Assembly (NCBI GenBank): GCA_002311345.1
Contig: DCAA01000006.1
Location: 14,532 to 78,531 of the forward strand
DNA length: 64,000 bases
DNA from: Planctomycetes bacterium UBA1146
Lineage (GTDB): Bacteria; Planctomycetota; UBA8108; UBA1146
Direction: 5' to 3'
The first letter of the stretch is position 1; each line of letters opens with the position of its first letter. Below, piece after piece: positions 1-8,082 of the stretch. The position numbers and the translations under genes are program-made. The notes under the pieces were generated by a model. It saw nothing but the letters and a program-made list of their open reading frames with translations. It did not search any database and was not told the DNA's origin.

Positions 1-646
1 CCATCTCGTTGAGGGTGGCATCTCCACTGAAAGACAGCAGCGTGCCCACCTGCGCTTTCCAGCCAAACTTGCCCACGACCAGTGGAGCGTTGAGATCTTC
101 CAGCAGCGGCACCAGGTGCGCCACACCGCCGTTGTTGATCGCCAGCAGGTCGGCATCGGGGATCGCCTCGATCAAACCGGCACCGAGCAGCGACGGAGTG
201 ATCCGTTCTGCGGTGACGGTCGCCGCCGCCGGAACCGTCTCCAGGCATTCGTCCGAGATGGCGTTGGCTTGCAGCAAAGATCCTCCGAGGAACGCCAGAG
301 GATCGAACGGTTCTCCTTTGTCTGCGGCCCCGAACCGGGTTACTGAGATGCTTCCACCACCACCGACGGGATTCGAGTGACAGGAGGCGCAGGAGTCCTG
401 ATTGAATCCAGGGCCCAGTCCATCCGCCTCGACGAAGGTTCGCAGGAACTCATCCCTGCCCGCAAAGAAACGATCCAACTGATCCGGGGTGAGACCGTCG
501 ATGGGATCCCCCATACGCGGTTGCAATTGCTGCCCCTGGAGCAGTGGAGTCACTCCCACGAGTAAGGCGACCACCAGCAGCAGGAATGTAACCATCCCGC
601 AGCGGGTGAATCGGCGAACGATGTGCGTCTTCATTAGATCCGACAT
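1..646 (-). CDS. Secreted di-haem oxidoreductase family (DHOR / putative thiol oxidoreductase) c-type cytochrome; 3' end runs off the window
   Basis: Not in the ORF track; translated by hand from ATG 646 (alternative ATG 634): MSDLMKTHIVRRFTRCGMVTFLLLVVALLVG...GLGPGFNQDSCASCHSNP...RITPSLLGAGLIEAIPD...VGKFGWKAQ...FSGDATLNEMG. It has a signal peptide, a CxxCH haem motif and the DHOR hallmarks GLGPxFNxxSCxxCH and GxFGWKA. GGAG lies upstream. Confidence 0.85.
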   Translation of the reverse strand, partial: MSDLMKTHIVRRFTRCGMVTFLLLVVALLVGVTPLLQGQQLQPRMGDPIDGLTPDQLDRFFAGRDEFLRTFVEADGLGPGFNQDSCASCHSNPVGGGGSISVTRFGAADKGEPFDPLAFLGGSLLQANAISDECLETVPAAATVTAERITPSLLGAGLIEAIPDADLLAINNGGVAHLVPLLEDLNAPLVVGKFGWKAQVGTLLSFSGDATLNEM

Positions 647-825
647 TTCTCATCTCCCAAATAACACCTGAGCCAGGCGGGCATTCTCGAGGGGTCCCGG
701 ACCCCAGATACTCCCCACGATGCGACAACAGCCTGACGGTCCCCCGACCGTCCGCAAGCACACCTCGCTCGATAGAACCCATATCTTTCCCCGAAAATGG
801 GGAGTCTTGTCTTCGCCGAAACAGG

Positions 826-861
826 CACCGCCGAGGCTGGCTTGTGTCCTCCTCGGCGGTG
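826..861 (-). terminator. Hairpin, probable terminator or stabiliser after the FG-GAP gene
   Basis: Perfect 11-bp inverted repeat CACCGCCGAGG (826-836) / CCTCGGCGGTG (851-861). It is followed by only a weak U-tract (CCUGUUUC) on the minus strand. Confidence 0.45.
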
Positions 862-919
862 TCCGTCTCTTCACAAACCACTCGGCCGGATCGATTCCGA
901 CGGAAAGTGGCGTTTTCTC

Positions 920-3472
920 TTATATGCAGCCACTCGCGCACCCGAGCGAGTCATCGGTCGGGTCCGGACCACAGTCGACCGGCGCTGGCAAGTTACCAGT
1001 CCCTCCGAAGAGAGCGCTGAGGATTGCCACGGCGTCTGCGATGTTCAGCGATCCGTCGTCGTTGGCATCTGCGGCATCGTCACAACCCACTGCAGTTCCG
1101 TTGAACAGCATCTGCAGGATCGAGACGGCGTCGCTGATGTCGAGGCTCACGTCGAGGTTCACGTCTCCCCGTTTGAACTGCGGTCCCTGACTGTTGCAGG
1201 TGGTCGTTTCCACGGTGAAATCGTCCATCCCGGCCTCACATAGTGAGTTGTTCGGCGAATCCGATGCCGTGAACCGGAACACCATATTGGCGCTCGGAGT
1301 GACGATGTCACTGACCAGGATCTCGAAGGTCTGCCAGTTCGAAGAGGTACCGAGCGCTCCTCCAACGACCAGTGCCGTGCTCCAGGTCACTCCCGCATCG
1401 GCGGAGATGGAAACGACGAAGTCGTCGAACTGGTTCGGATCGGATTCGATGTTGGCATACCAGAGGCTGAAGCTGATGATCGGCGTGGTCCCTGCCAGGT
1501 TGTAGGTAGGACTGATCAGATGCGTTGGCCCACCATCGAGATCGGCGGTACCGGCGGCTCCTCCAACCACTCCGTTACCCGTGACCCAGCACAGGGCTCC
1601 ACTGGCAGCATCTTCCGACTGGGAGGCAGTTCCACCGCTGGTGGTGCCGTTCGGATCGACCAGTACCCATGCTCCGGCGCTGACGCTGGCATCGGTCTCG
1701 ACGGTCCAACCATTGTTGCCTGCTTCGAAGTCATCGACCTCTCGATTGATTTGATCGGCGAGCACGTTGAAGAAGATCGGGCTGACTTGCGCGAGACCAC
1801 TGGTCAACTCTGCGCTGACGAACCACTGCATCGAGGCAGTGGCCAGAGTGCCATCGAGGATTCCCTCGTAGAGTCCATTGCCGATCGGTGACATCACGGT
1901 TACGACGAATGGACCTCCGTCTGCAGAGACATTAATCTCCACGCTCGGTTCCGAAACCACTCCGCCACCGAAGGCCTCGACCTGGGCGGTGACGGTCACC
2001 TGACCTTCGCACGGAACCGCATCGGGGGTTCCGGCCGGGAAACTGATATTGAGTCCGATGGGAGCCTCGTTCATCCACACCTCGGTGCCGCTGCAGGTTC
2101 CGATGACCATGTCGAGCCAGCCGTCACCATTGATGTCGAAGACGGCCACGTCATGGACACCGTTGGGCCTCCACGCCGCTCCATCATTCTCCTGGCGCAG
2201 GGTGACATTCGGACCGTTACCCAGGTTGTGGTAGATGTGCATACGACGGGCACAGCCAGAGATGTCGACATCGACGTCAGAGATGATCACATCGTTCCAG
2301 CCGTCATTGTCGAGATCTGCAATGACGGAGTTGCCGCCAAAGCCGTCGTCTCCGGTGGCGCCGGTGCCGCCAGCAAAGCTGTAGAAGAAACGACTAAAGT
2401 TCGCCAGCCCGTTGCCATCGTTTCCCGTGTTGAGCAGGAAAGAGTCGGCATTGTCATCGGTGACGACCAGGTCGTTTCTACCATCGTTGTTGAGGTCGCC
2501 GACGGTGGTGTGGTACGGCGCCATGTTGGCGAAACTCTCCTTGTGGGATGAGAATGCACCGCTTCCAGCAGGGTTGTTGTAGGAGATTCCAACGTACTGT
2601 GGCGGATTGAGCGCTGTGTCCTTGATGATATCCAGATGGCCATCGCCATTCATATCTCGGATCGAAGAGGCCATTCCAAATGCAGACTGCTGGAACGGGA
2701 ACGGACTACCGCCGACGATGATATTTCCGCTGAAGTGGGAAATGGTTTCATCGGTGAAGAAACCGTTTCCATCGTTGATCAGCAGGCGGTCGTTGAAGTC
2801 GAGGGTTTGTCCGCCTCCGCTATCATAGTCACCCAGGTAGACATCCAGGTCACCGTCACCATCGATGTCTCCTGCATCCAGTGAGCAAAAGCGAGGAGCG
2901 TGCGGTGAACCACCGTTGTTCCCCTCGAACTGGGGGATGCGTGCATCTTCATGCAGGAAACCCTGCCACTGACCGCCTGAAAGACCGAGATTGCGGTAAA
3001 CGCGTGGATAAGCGATGTGCTTCGGAGAGCCATCGGCCAGCGTGACCGCAGTGATGATGTCGAGCCAGCCATCTCCGGTGACATCGGCGAGGATCACATC
3101 ACGGTCATTGGTGGGGGTGAGGAAACCGTTATCGCCGGGGACGTCCGATGCACTTGCATACTCGGATGTCCGGTCGACGAGAACGCCGTTCTCGTTCATG
3201 AACAGCACATTGGTCCGAAATGCGCCGACGCCTCCACTGGTGAAGGGTTGTTTGCGGACCACGACCAGATCGATGTCTCCATCCTGATCGACGTCACCCC
3301 AGATGTAGTCCTTTTCAGCCGTGTCAGAGGTACTGACATTCCCAGCTGCATTGATGCGAGTGGCTGTCTCATTGTTGAACTGAACCCAGTCCGATTGAGC
3401 AGACACATGCGTCGCCAGAGCCAACCAACAGATCACGGCGGGGTAGATCCGTATAAATATCCTTCGATCCAT
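920..3472 (-). CDS. Secreted FG-GAP/VCBS beta-propeller protein with a central beta-sandwich (MAM-like) region and C-terminal dockerin-like domain, 850 aa
   Basis: Signal peptide (ICWLALATHVSA). Seven DxDxDGxxD blades: GDVDQDGDID, ADVTGDGWLD, GDIDGDGDLD, RDMNGDGHLD, GDLNNDGRND, ADLDNDGWND, FDINGDGWLD. C-terminus FKRGDVNLDVSLDISDAV...CDDAADANDDGSLNIADAV...CGPDPTDDSLGC. Confidence 0.88.
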   Translation of the reverse strand: MDRRIFIRIYPAVICWLALATHVSAQSDWVQFNNETATRINAAGNVSTSDTAEKDYIWGDVDQDGDIDLVVVRKQPFTSGGVGAFRTNVLFMNENGVLVDRTSEYASASDVPGDNGFLTPTNDRDVILADVTGDGWLDIITAVTLADGSPKHIAYPRVYRNLGLSGGQWQGFLHEDARIPQFEGNNGGSPHAPRFCSLDAGDIDGDGDLDVYLGDYDSGGGQTLDFNDRLLINDGNGFFTDETISHFSGNIIVGGSPFPFQQSAFGMASSIRDMNGDGHLDIIKDTALNPPQYVGISYNNPAGSGAFSSHKESFANMAPYHTTVGDLNNDGRNDLVVTDDNADSFLLNTGNDGNGLANFSRFFYSFAGGTGATGDDGFGGNSVIADLDNDGWNDVIISDVDVDISGCARRMHIYHNLGNGPNVTLRQENDGAAWRPNGVHDVAVFDINGDGWLDMVIGTCSGTEVWMNEAPIGLNISFPAGTPDAVPCEGQVTVTAQVEAFGGGVVSEPSVEINVSADGGPFVVTVMSPIGNGLYEGILDGTLATASMQWFVSAELTSGLAQVSPIFFNVLADQINREVDDFEAGNNGWTVETDASVSAGAWVLVDPNGTTSGGTASQSEDAASGALCWVTGNGVVGGAAGTADLDGGPTHLISPTYNLAGTTPIISFSLWYANIESDPNQFDDFVVSISADAGVTWSTALVVGGALGTSSNWQTFEILVSDIVTPSANMVFRFTASDSPNNSLCEAGMDDFTVETTTCNSQGPQFKRGDVNLDVSLDISDAVSILQMLFNGTAVGCDDAADANDDGSLNIADAVAILSALFGGTGNLPAPVDCGPDPTDDSLGCASGCI

Positions 3473-3703
3473 GTCGAGGACACTCCCTTCCCATCACACG
3501 CACGAATCCCCGGCGGGGGCCGGGGTTTCCTCGAATACGTGTGTGACTGCCCCCCCGGGCAATCGAATATCCCTATTTTCTACCAGGAGCCGGAAGGCTC
3601 CCCTCCTACCTCGATTATAGTGCTGATACCCTGGGGGGGGATAGGGCAGTCAATCGCCTTCTTGCCCACAGATGACGGCAAATTTGCCCGAAACCGCCCG
3701 GGG

Positions 3704-3731
3704 TTGATGTCGAAGGGGTCAATTTTACAGT
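3704..3731 (+). promoter_or_regulatory. Putative sigma70 promoter for the structured RNA candidate
   Basis: TTGATG (3704-3709), 16-nt spacer, TACAGT (3726-3731). The predicted start site coincides with the 5' arm of the structured element. Confidence 0.4.
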
Positions 3732-3903
3732 AGAAGTCCACGACTCAGCAACTGTGGCTGGTGGGGGAACTGGCATTGGTGTCAGTCGCGTATATTTGGC
3801 GGCATCGATGGAACTTCGATGCCGTCGGCTCCGATCGACCTGGATCAATGAGCAGGTCCGGTAGCCAGGTGAGTGTGACCGCCAGCAGGCGCTGAGGTGG
3901 TCT
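3732..3903 (+). ncRNA. Candidate structured non-coding RNA (four-way junction), family unknown
   Basis: Closing helices CCAC/GTGG, CTCAGC/GCTGAG and GCTGGTGG/CCGCCAGC enclose three hairpins (3769-3786, 3798-3826, 3827-3866). G-U pairs favour the + strand. No credible ORF covers it. Confidence 0.5.
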
Positions 3904-3914
3904 GGAAGTGGAAG

Positions 3915-3943
3915 TTGACCTCCGGGGCTCGGATCCCTAGCAT
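3915..3943 (+). promoter_or_regulatory. Putative sigma70 promoter of tRNA-Cys
   Basis: TTGACC (3915-3920), 17-nt spacer, TAGCAT (3938-3943), about 30 nt upstream of the tRNA. Confidence 0.6.
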
Positions 3944-3974
3944 CCGCTTGCTCGGGGTCGTTGAAGACGACAGA

Positions 3975-4048
3975 GGCGGCATCGCCAAGTGGTAAGGCAC
4001 GGGTTTGCAAAACCCGCATCCCCGGTTCGAATCCGGGTGCCGCCTCCA
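3975..4048 (+). tRNA. tRNA-Cys: tRNA-Cys (anticodon GCA), CCA encoded
   Basis: Acceptor stem GGCGGCA/TGCCGCC, discriminator T, then CCA. D-arm GCC-AAGTGGTAA-GGC, anticodon arm CGGGT-TTGCAAA-ACCCG, T-arm CCCGG-TTCGAAT-CCGGG. Followed by a T-tract. Confidence 0.97.
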
Positions 4049-4084
4049 TTTTTTGTTCACGGGCACCGTGGCGCAGGAACCTCG

Positions 4085-6526
4085 CTAAGGTTGATCCTGA
4101 TCTTCTCGGAGATCACCCAGTCGAGCCGCGGCATCCCCCAGGTCTCCATTGGCCTGCTGCGGCGAGCAACTCCCGGTGTCTGGAGTCGGGTCGTCTTTGC
4201 CCTCATCGGTGCCCACGGTACGCAAAGATCTGAGCCGTTCGAGAGCGGTCTGAATTCCTTTTTGCGTTTCCTCAGTGCCACCATCGGGTGTTATTTCCTC
4301 CGGTAAATTGGCAGCGGTCTGTGCCGGAGGCGAGGAATCCGAAACCTGGACGTTACGGAGTTTCTCGGTGATCCCACCGAGGCCGGTGCGTACCACTTCA
4401 ACGCGTCGGAATTCGGTCACTGCAGACGCCGTTGCAGTCGTTTTCAGGAACGGGTGTTCCGGATCGACCTCACAAAACTCTTCTCGCAGCAGTTGAACCA
4501 GTGGATCGGATTGTTGATCGAGTTGCTGCACAATCTCCTCCAACTGGGACAGGCGATTTTCCTCCGGATCGATCAGTGCCGACAGGATCGCGCCCACCAG
4601 TTGGTTTGCATCTGGCTTGTCTGAAACAGTGCACCGTTGTCCCTCGAGCACCGAGAGCAAACTCAGTCTGAGAAGAATCGATCGTTGCTGTACAGATCCT
4701 TTTTTCGTGAGGGGCACAGAGCGTTCCAACGCGATACGACTGCTCCTATCACGCTGTAACAAGGCCTCGATCAGTTCTTGCTCTCGCGGATGGCCGCCAG
4801 GGAGTTGATCCAGGGTTTGTTCGAGGGTCGAGATCGCCGTCCGGATGTCACCTATTTGTTCTTCCAGGTGTGCACGTTGCAGTGCCACTTCGAGGTTTTC
4901 AGGTTGCAGCAGTTGACTGCGGCGGGCCGCTTCGCAGGCAGCGACCAGATCAGCCTCCTGCTGGTGGGACAGGCACTGCTGGTGTCGGGCAGTCGCTTCT
5001 CGTTCTACATCGCCAATGCGCCGCGCATTGTCGGCAATCCAACGATGCACATCGGACGGTGCTCCAGCAGCCTGAGCGAGAAACTCCAGGGCTTCTTTCG
5101 TTTCGGCGTCCAGGATACGAGGATCTCCCTGAGGTCCGACCAGGGCCTGTTGGCAGCACTGCCGTGCCGAATTGGTATCGCCACGGTGCATCGCGACCTC
5201 GGTGAGACGAAGCGACAGCAGTGGTTCGGGTTGTTCTTGCCTGGACAGGTATTCGTAGTGGGCTGCGGCTTGTTCCAGCTGGCCACATGCTCGCAACGAT
5301 TCTGCTCGACGCCAGCGCGCCTTGTGACTGCCATGAGGATCGCCAGCACTACAGGCGGCTTCCTCGTGCATCTCATGAATGCGAGGGTCAGGAATCATGG
5401 CACCGACAGAATCGAGCAACTGGCAGGCACTATCGGCCTGTTGAACATCGATGAGGGTGCGGGCCAGTTGCAGGCACAGAGCAGGATCGTCACCAGGTTC
5501 TTTTTGCCACAGTGCGATGGCTCTCTTGCGAGCTTCGGGATCTTCGGGATCGATAATCGCTATGTTCGACCACGCATCTCGGGCCGCATCGATGCGGAGT
5601 TGATCGCTGCAGCGTTGAGCATGGGCCCGAAGGCGTCGTTGGGCTTCGGCGGTTCGTCCGGTTTCTGCGCAGGTTGTGCCGATCCGGGCACCGAGGTCGA
5701 AATCATCCAGTCCCATCTCCTCAGCACGGCGCCAGCGACGCAGAGCCTGGTGTGACTGACCGTCAGCAAAAAACGTTTCTCCTGCTCGGAACAACTCCAT
5801 CGCATTCTGTGTCTCGATATGTCCCAGAGCCACCAGCTTGAGCAGGTGATCGAGTGCGTGCCATCTGTCGGGACGGGCTCCGGCGATCTCTGCGATGTCA
5901 TGAAGCCCATCGGAGGCCTCGAGCAGGGCTTTGGTCTCGGCAGCTTCATCGGGATCCTGGATCACCCTCATCGCCTGGGGAGTTGCAGCGACAACGTCTC
6001 TCAGGAGCGGCAGATCGATCACCGATTTCCAGAGGCCATGACGGCGTGCCGAGCGCAGGAATGCTTCCTCGAGAGACTGTCCCAGATCGACGCGCCCGAG
6101 CAGGCCGCTGCTGATCGGTTGTGGATGGGGCCCGGACCAGAGCGATGCACCTGCTTCCAGGACAAGCATCAGATCTCCATCGACCACCTGGCCGATCGCT
6201 TCAGCGGCGTTGTTCGTATCGAACAGTCCGGCGTCGAGACAAAGTACTCCGGGGCAGGTCTGCTGCTCGGCAGCTTGTTTCTCGAGTTGTTTTCGATCCT
6301 TGGCTCGAAGGGAATCACCATCGATGAGAGCCCGGATCAATACGCTCGGGTGCTCTGGTCGATGCAGGTCGACGAGGCGATCATCTTCGATCTGGACCAA
6401 CAACTGTGGGCTGTCGGCATCCGCGGGCTTCCATTGCCAGGTTCCGTTGCCGTGGCAAGAGACCAGATCGAGTAGCGTGCGAGCAGCATCGCCTGGCAGA
6501 TCGGCGGTTCGGATCAACTGGGGCAT
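4085..6526 (-). CDS. DUF4388 (PatA-N)-like N-terminal module plus extended TPR-like repeats, 813 aa
   Basis: The N-terminal ~240 aa resemble the DUF4388 layout, with degenerate MshEN-like repeats (LIRALIDGDSL, PGVLCLDAGLF) and a wHTH-like segment (DGLHDIAEIA...LLKLVALGHIE). Helical TPR-like repeats follow (AESLRACGQLEQAAAHYEYL), then a low-complexity tail. Confidence 0.6.
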   Translation of the reverse strand: MPQLIRTADLPGDAARTLLDLVSCHGNGTWQWKPADADSPQLLVQIEDDRLVDLHRPEHPSVLIRALIDGDSLRAKDRKQLEKQAAEQQTCPGVLCLDAGLFDTNNAAEAIGQVVDGDLMLVLEAGASLWSGPHPQPISSGLLGRVDLGQSLEEAFLRSARRHGLWKSVIDLPLLRDVVAATPQAMRVIQDPDEAAETKALLEASDGLHDIAEIAGARPDRWHALDHLLKLVALGHIETQNAMELFRAGETFFADGQSHQALRRWRRAEEMGLDDFDLGARIGTTCAETGRTAEAQRRLRAHAQRCSDQLRIDAARDAWSNIAIIDPEDPEARKRAIALWQKEPGDDPALCLQLARTLIDVQQADSACQLLDSVGAMIPDPRIHEMHEEAACSAGDPHGSHKARWRRAESLRACGQLEQAAAHYEYLSRQEQPEPLLSLRLTEVAMHRGDTNSARQCCQQALVGPQGDPRILDAETKEALEFLAQAAGAPSDVHRWIADNARRIGDVEREATARHQQCLSHQQEADLVAACEAARRSQLLQPENLEVALQRAHLEEQIGDIRTAISTLEQTLDQLPGGHPREQELIEALLQRDRSSRIALERSVPLTKKGSVQQRSILLRLSLLSVLEGQRCTVSDKPDANQLVGAILSALIDPEENRLSQLEEIVQQLDQQSDPLVQLLREEFCEVDPEHPFLKTTATASAVTEFRRVEVVRTGLGGITEKLRNVQVSDSSPPAQTAANLPEEITPDGGTEETQKGIQTALERLRSLRTVGTDEGKDDPTPDTGSCSPQQANGDLGDAAARLGDLREDQDQP

Positions 6527-6597
6527 CGAGTCTGTCCTGGCGGTATGCCAAGCCTTCCCGAGAAGAATAACATCCTGCCCAAAACGGGGCTGGTGGC

Positions 6598-8082
6598 TCA
6601 GGAACCCTGCATCTGCTCGATCAACTGCTCGAAGGCTCGAAGCCCCCGGAGCGACTCCAGATCGGCATCGGAGAGGGTGTGGTCGGCGTCCGAGTAGCCG
6701 TGCTTCATCGCCTGCCTGAGGGATTCAAGTGCCTTCTCAGAATCTCCCGAGAGAGCCCAGGCACAAGCGAGGTTGTAGTGGATGGAATCATCGGTTGGAT
6801 CGAGCGAAACCGCCTGCTCGAGTTCATCGATGGCTCGGTCGAGATCTCGCATCCGCATGGTGACCACTCCGAGGGCGTGATGGATCTGCGCATCGGCGGT
6901 GATGCGTCGGGCCAGTTCGTCGAGCAGCGCCAGGGCTCCTTCCAGATTTCCATCGTTGCGCAGTCTTACCGAGGCACGGAGGATTGCATCGCGGCTGGCG
7001 GCCTCGACCTGGCTGGCGCTGAACTGTCTTTGTGCCAGCAACAGTCTGGCACCGCGAGGGTCTCCCAGTAGAGAGAGCAATTCTGCACAGCGACGTCGTA
7101 CCGAAGGATCCGGGTCATCTCGGGCCAAGATGGCAAGCGTCGGGGTGACCAGTTCTCCATGGACAGCGCGCAACTGGAGCAACTGGTCGCGGCGTGTCGA
7201 CGCATCCAGTTGGTCCCAGTTTGCCACCGAGATGGAAGAGTCGAGATCAACCAGAGCCGGAATCCTCAATCGGTTGCGGATCGTCCACTCTTGACGGATT
7301 CCAGGAGGAACCGGAGACGATGGACTACTTTGACTCCATTCGAGCAGTTGCCGTCGACCCGTCTGTCCCAGATCGAGCAACCATGAGCGAGCCAGCGAGA
7401 TGCGGGATCGGTCAAAACTCTCCAGTTCTTTGATGGCAAGTTGCGCTCCTCGCTGGGCGATTTGATCCCAGCCGGGGTCTTCTCCTCGAGGCGGCAAGAG
7501 AGCGCAGAGACAGCGTAATACGGGCTCCGGGATGTCCCGGGCTGGGGGCAATTGCGGCCAACGATTCTCTACTTGCTGTCGAAGTCGCTCCCTCAGTCGC
7601 TCCCTCACGCGTACCACCAGCGAGATGGCAGTTCCTACCTGTTCATCGTGACGAGCCAGAGGGGGAGCCAGAAATAGACCACTGACGGCCAGTTTTTGCT
7701 CGACCTTCTCGACCCGGTTTCGGGCTGTTTCGCGGCCTGATTTGGCCTCATCTGATGGCTTCGGTGGTCGACGAGTTCGCTTGCGTGCCGTTGCGAAGTC
7801 GGTCACCGCGGCGTCCAGTTCTGCCAGCATCCCGGTCAGAATCGCGTCCAGTTTTCCCAACAGTATTGCCCTGCTGCGCGGCGAAACTTCACCTTCCAGG
7901 GTGACTCTCAGAGCCATCACCGAGGAGTCGTCGAGGGCCTCGAGCGACGACAGAGCCCTCGCTACGACCAGCGCATCTAAAGAGTCGAGGTCTGAAGCGA
8001 TGCGGGCAACCGGGGAATCGATGGCCCAACCGACTCCCGGTGCAATCCACAGTACTAGCATCAACAAGGTGGAGATCTTCAT
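6598..8082 (-). CDS. Secreted HEAT/TPR-repeat protein
   Basis: Start moved to ATG 8082 (MKISTLLMLVLWIAPGVGWA signal peptide; ATGA overlap with the upstream stop). HEAT motif DPDPSVRRRCAELLSLLGD, TPRs, and a terminal YNLACAWALSG...DADLESLRG TPR-cap motif. Confidence 0.75.
   Translation of the reverse strand: MKISTLLMLVLWIAPGVGWAIDSPVARIASDLDSLDALVVARALSSLEALDDSSVMALRVTLEGEVSPRSRAILLGKLDAILTGMLAELDAAVTDFATARKRTRRPPKPSDEAKSGRETARNRVEKVEQKLAVSGLFLAPPLARHDEQVGTAISLVVRVRERLRERLRQQVENRWPQLPPARDIPEPVLRCLCALLPPRGEDPGWDQIAQRGAQLAIKELESFDRSRISLARSWLLDLGQTGRRQLLEWSQSSPSSPVPPGIRQEWTIRNRLRIPALVDLDSSISVANWDQLDASTRRDQLLQLRAVHGELVTPTLAILARDDPDPSVRRRCAELLSLLGDPRGARLLLAQRQFSASQVEAASRDAILRASVRLRNDGNLEGALALLDELARRITADAQIHHALGVVTMRMRDLDRAIDELEQAVSLDPTDDSIHYNLACAWALSGDSEKALESLRQAMKHGYSDADHTLSDADLESLRGLRAFEQLIEQMQGS

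Noticed and set aside
3676..3700. GGCAAA...CGAAA resembling a c-di-GMP-I riboswitch
   Set aside because: No stem closes the GAAA and the downstream GACGCAAA/P2 elements are absent. It is better explained as a DNA palindrome.
3851..3870. CAGGTCCGG resembling SRP RNA helix 8
   Set aside because: It is not followed by the GAA tetraloop completion and AGCAG strand required for the Ffh-binding loop.
3615..4049. 144-aa minus-strand ORF (MEAAPGFEPG...) and other short ORFs over the tRNA
   Set aside because: These are antisense translations of tRNA-Cys and the structured region, with no protein features.
4049..4085. tRNA-Cys 3' end as a genomic-island integration site
   Set aside because: No integrase, no duplicated tRNA 3' end and no compositional shift were seen in the window.
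4778..5755. 325-aa plus-strand ORF
   Set aside because: Antisense shadow of the 813-aa TPR gene, typical of GC-rich codon bias, with no motifs.
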